Source of the DNA: Bacteroidales bacterium | GTDB lineage: Bacteria; Bacteroidota; Bacteroidia; Bacteroidales; UBA1715 | Reading direction: 5' to 3' | Length of the DNA: 64,000 bases | Assembly (NCBI GenBank): GCA_017552705.1 | Contig: JAFZOY010000156.1 | Location: 7,319 to 71,318, forward strand | Part shown: in pieces, positions 61,587-64,000 of the stretch | Layout: each line of letters opens with the position of its first letter | Numbering within the stretch: the stretch's first letter is position 1 | Position numbers and translations under genes: made by a program | Notes under the pieces: generated by a model | What the model was told of the DNA's origin: nothing | Seen by the model: only the letters and a program-made list of their open reading frames with translations | Databases searched by the model: none

Positions 61587-64000
61587 ATGTTGAGTTTCAA
61601 ACATATAGTATGCTGTTTTCTGTGTGTCGCCTTCACTTCGCTCTGTTTCGGGCAATATGACATGAACGGGGCGGAACCAACACGTACAACGTGGTGGCAA
61701 ATCAAAACCGATAATTTTCAGGTAATCTACCCAAAAGGGTTCGACTCCGTAGCAAACGAATTCACAAAAAAATTGGAATTCGTATATGCTTCGTGCAGCA
61801 AAAGTTTGCGAACCGAGCCAAAGAAGATTTCGGTTATTCTTCACAATCAAACGAACATAAGCAACGCCGGAGTAGCGTGGTGTCCAAGCCGAATGGATAT
61901 ATACACCATTCCGTCGGAACACCAACATTCCCAAGAATGGTACGAACATCTTGCCATTCACGAATTCAGGCACGTAGTGCAAATGAACTCACTAAACCAA
62001 GGACTTACAAAAATTTTATATTTCTTGTTAGGCGAACAAGCTGCCGGTGCTGTTGCAGGCGTATATATTCCCATGTGGCTTATGGAAGGCGATGCCGTTT
62101 GCACGGAAACCGCGCTGAGCACATCAGGACGCGGACGGCAAGCGAATTTTTCCATGGGGCTCCGCGCCCAAACCTACGACAAAGGCGTGTATTCCTATAG
62201 CAAGGCTTATTTTGGTTCGTACAGGGACTATGTGCCAAACTATTACGAAATGGGATATTTCCTATTGGCAAATACAAGAAAACAATATGGGCAATTTATG
62301 GAAGCGGAAATTCTTGAACAAGCCGCAAAATATCCACTCAGCATTCGTCCTGTGAATCGTGCCGTCTTAAATAAAACAAATCTACCTCGAAGATATTTAT
62401 ACACATCATTGTTTGAGGTTCAGGCAAACGAATGGAAACTGAAACACGACAGGGAAGTTCAAACGAAATATGACACTATCGCCTATTCCGATTATATTTA
62501 CACGAGTTACACCAACGGGTTTCAACTAAACGATTCGGTGTATTTCGCAGAGCGGAGCGCATTGAATAGAATTCCGCAACTTGTAAAAATCGCGAATGGT
62601 AAGGAAAAGGTGATTGCAAACGTATCGTTCAAGCCAAACGAAGGCTCAATACATTCTAACGGAAAAACAATTGTTTGGGAAGAGACCAACTACCATATCC
62701 GTTGGGAACAAAGACAAACATCCCGAATCTACATGTATGATATTGAACGCCATCGAAAAAAATCAATTCGCACCCGGGACCACGTGTTTTCGCCGGCAAT
62801 TTCCCCGTCTGACAACCGAATTGCTGTCACAAAAGATGACGAAGACGGAAAATATTACCTTGTAATATACGACAAAGCGACCAAGAAACCCATCAAGCAA
62901 GTGCTCTCACCCGACCACGATGCAATTTTGCAGCCTTCGTGGGACAAGAATGGCTCGAAAATAGTGATGCTCGGCTTAAACAGCAAAGGGAAAAGAATCA
63001 TTGAATATGATGTCGCCGAAAATTCTTTTTCCGAAATCATGCCATACACAACCGAAGACCTAACATCGCCGCTTTATTGGAATGAATACGTTATATATAC
63101 ATCATCGTATTCTGGGGTTGACAACGTTTTTGCCATACATCGAGATACAAAACAAATCTCACGAATCACAGTAGGCGACTTTGGTTGCAGATTTCCATCG
63201 GTAACCGACAGCACATTAATATATTCCAACTACACTTCAAACGGGTACCAATTGGCAAAAATCCATTTGAATCCTGCCCGTTGGCACGATTTAAACGTGG
63301 TGCGAAAAGAAAACTACAATCTTGCCCAAATGATGACAAACCAAGAAGGTGGTCCTCTTGATTTTTCCACAATGCCAGATACTACATACACATCAAAGTA
63401 TTATTCCAAAGTGCTGCATGCTGTGAATATCCACAGTTGGATGCCGCTCTATATGAACTACAACGGCGAATATGTCGATGATTTCGGGAATGGATTTCAG
63501 GTGTTGTCGCAAAACAAACTGGGGACAACCATTTCAAGCGCGGGCTACAAATGGAACAACATGGCCGGGACACACAATTTCTTTACAAAAGTCACATACA
63601 AGGGCCTATTCCCCGTGTTTGATTTTGAAGCCGATTATGGAACTTTATCGACTATCGACACCCTTGAAATCACAAAAAACCAATTCGAAATCGCTGACTT
63701 ACAATATCGTACGAAAGTAGCCAGCGGACGGGTGTATTTCCCGTTAAATTTTTCATCGAAAGGATACAAACGTTCGGCGATTTATCTTTTGCAATACCAA
63801 AAATCATGGTACGACAGGATTTCCTGTCCCGAACATCTAAAAAACAATTACAAAGAAGCATTTTCGGTAAATCTTCTTTCTCATCAACTTATTCTGACAA
63901 ACACACGGTTAAAAGCAAAGCAAGACTTATATCCACGCTGGGGGCAACAACTGAATATAGGCATAAATAACTCATTGGGACCAATTACAATGACAAACAC
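61587..64000 (+). CDS. large secreted multidomain protein (HExxH motif region, PD40-type beta-propeller-like repeats, beta-rich C-terminal part); 3' end beyond window
   Basis: Not in ORF track (no stop before the window end). ATG at 61587, open for more than 800 codons. Signal peptide MLSFKHIVCCFLCVAFTSLCFGQ; WYEHLAIHEFRHVVQ; FSPAISPSDNRIAV; LQPSWDKNGSKIVM. Confidence 0.8.
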   Translation, partial: MLSFKHIVCCFLCVAFTSLCFGQYDMNGAEPTRTTWWQIKTDNFQVIYPKGFDSVANEFTKKLEFVYASCSKSLRTEPKKISVILHNQTNISNAGVAWCPSRMDIYTIPSEHQHSQEWYEHLAIHEFRHVVQMNSLNQGLTKILYFLLGEQAAGAVAGVYIPMWLMEGDAVCTETALSTSGRGRQANFSMGLRAQTYDKGVYSYSKAYFGSYRDYVPNYYEMGYFLLANTRKQYGQFMEAEILEQAAKYPLSIRPVNRAVLNKTNLPRRYLYTSLFEVQANEWKLKHDREVQTKYDTIAYSDYIYTSYTNGFQLNDSVYFAERSALNRIPQLVKIANGKEKVIANVSFKPNEGSIHSNGKTIVWEETNYHIRWEQRQTSRIYMYDIERHRKKSIRTRDHVFSPAISPSDNRIAVTKDDEDGKYYLVIYDKATKKPIKQVLSPDHDAILQPSWDKNGSKIVMLGLNSKGKRIIEYDVAENSFSEIMPYTTEDLTSPLYWNEYVIYTSSYSGVDNVFAIHRDTKQISRITVGDFGCRFPSVTDSTLIYSNYTSNGYQLAKIHLNPARWHDLNVVRKENYNLAQMMTNQEGGPLDFSTMPDTTYTSKYYSKVLHAVNIHSWMPLYMNYNGEYVDDFGNGFQVLSQNKLGTTISSAGYKWNNMAGTHNFFTKVTYKGLFPVFDFEADYGTLSTIDTLEITKNQFEIADLQYRTKVASGRVYFPLNFSSKGYKRSAIYLLQYQKSWYDRISCPEHLKNNYKEAFSVNLLSHQLILTNTRLKAKQDLYPRWGQQLNIGINNSLGPITMTN

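Noticed and set aside
61572-61982. 136-aa minus-strand ORF after glnA
   Set aside because: It is antisense to the start of the long edge-running plus-strand gene, which has a signal peptide and stays open for more than 800 codons.
1-64000. Search for CRISPR arrays, rRNA, integrases or transposases, reverse transcriptases (retron/DGR) and tRNA-flanking att duplications
   Set aside because: No regularly spaced repeats, no recombinase or RT motifs in any listed ORF, and no copy of either tRNA 3' end found elsewhere in the window. Absence is judged by eye only.

Overview
This is a chromosomal segment from a Bacteroidota (Bacteroidales-like) genome. Evidence for that placement: many perfect -7 boxes of the TAnnTTTG type 20-45 nt upstream of start codons, a SusC/RagA-type receptor, a T9SS C-terminal sorting domain, a MurF-Alr fusion, and the rpmB-rpmG-DUF4295 trio.

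Most of the window is housekeeping: tgt (partial), gltX, nspC, truA, an SNF2 helicase, lpxD, a RelA-type RSH, slyD, dapA, ftsY, rpmB/rpmG, gmhB, a PgpH-like 7TM-HD protein, rsgA, murF-alr, rocD, a type II glutamine synthetase, tRNA-Met(CAU) and tRNA-Asn(GUU).

Several accessory or unusual modules are embedded in it:
1. An AT-rich islet (1.9-5.9 kb) holds an ATGA-coupled 54-aa/166-aa gene pair, an FRG-domain protein, and an HTH gene followed by two paralogous lipoproteins, one of them frameshifted.
2. A lipoprotein family I could not identify occurs as two tandem pairs 43 kb apart (12.3-13.4 kb and 55.9-57.1 kb). Two members share a nearly identical 82-bp 3' end.
3. A three-gene envelope operon encodes a transglutaminase-like protein whose Cys-His-Asp triad reads Ser-Tyr-Asp, plus two small beta-barrel paralogs.
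4. A hicAB toxin-antitoxin pair lies directly against a yqaA-like gene.
5. A translationally coupled pair of apparently degenerate enzymes sits at 32.4-33.8 kb: a ProB N-lobe-like protein and a class-IV-aminotransferase-like protein.
6. A class III cyclase domain with a substituted metal-binding Asp is fused to an HD domain and tightly coupled to an unknown 213-aa helical protein. It lies inside a densely packed minus-strand gene string.
7. An ECF sigma factor is fused through one TM helix to a beta-barrel-like domain. A T9SS cargo protein and a lipoprotein pair follow. A shared ~30-nt motif lies upstream of both the sigma gene and the cargo gene.

I saw no rRNA, CRISPR array, integrase, transposase, reverse transcriptase or obvious att repeats.

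The ORF track omits four real genes: two that run off the window edges (tgt at 1-134, and a large secreted protein from 61587 to the end) and two shorter than 60 aa (1973-2137 and 28211-28369).

All family assignments are by-eye motif recognition and need confirming with profile searches.
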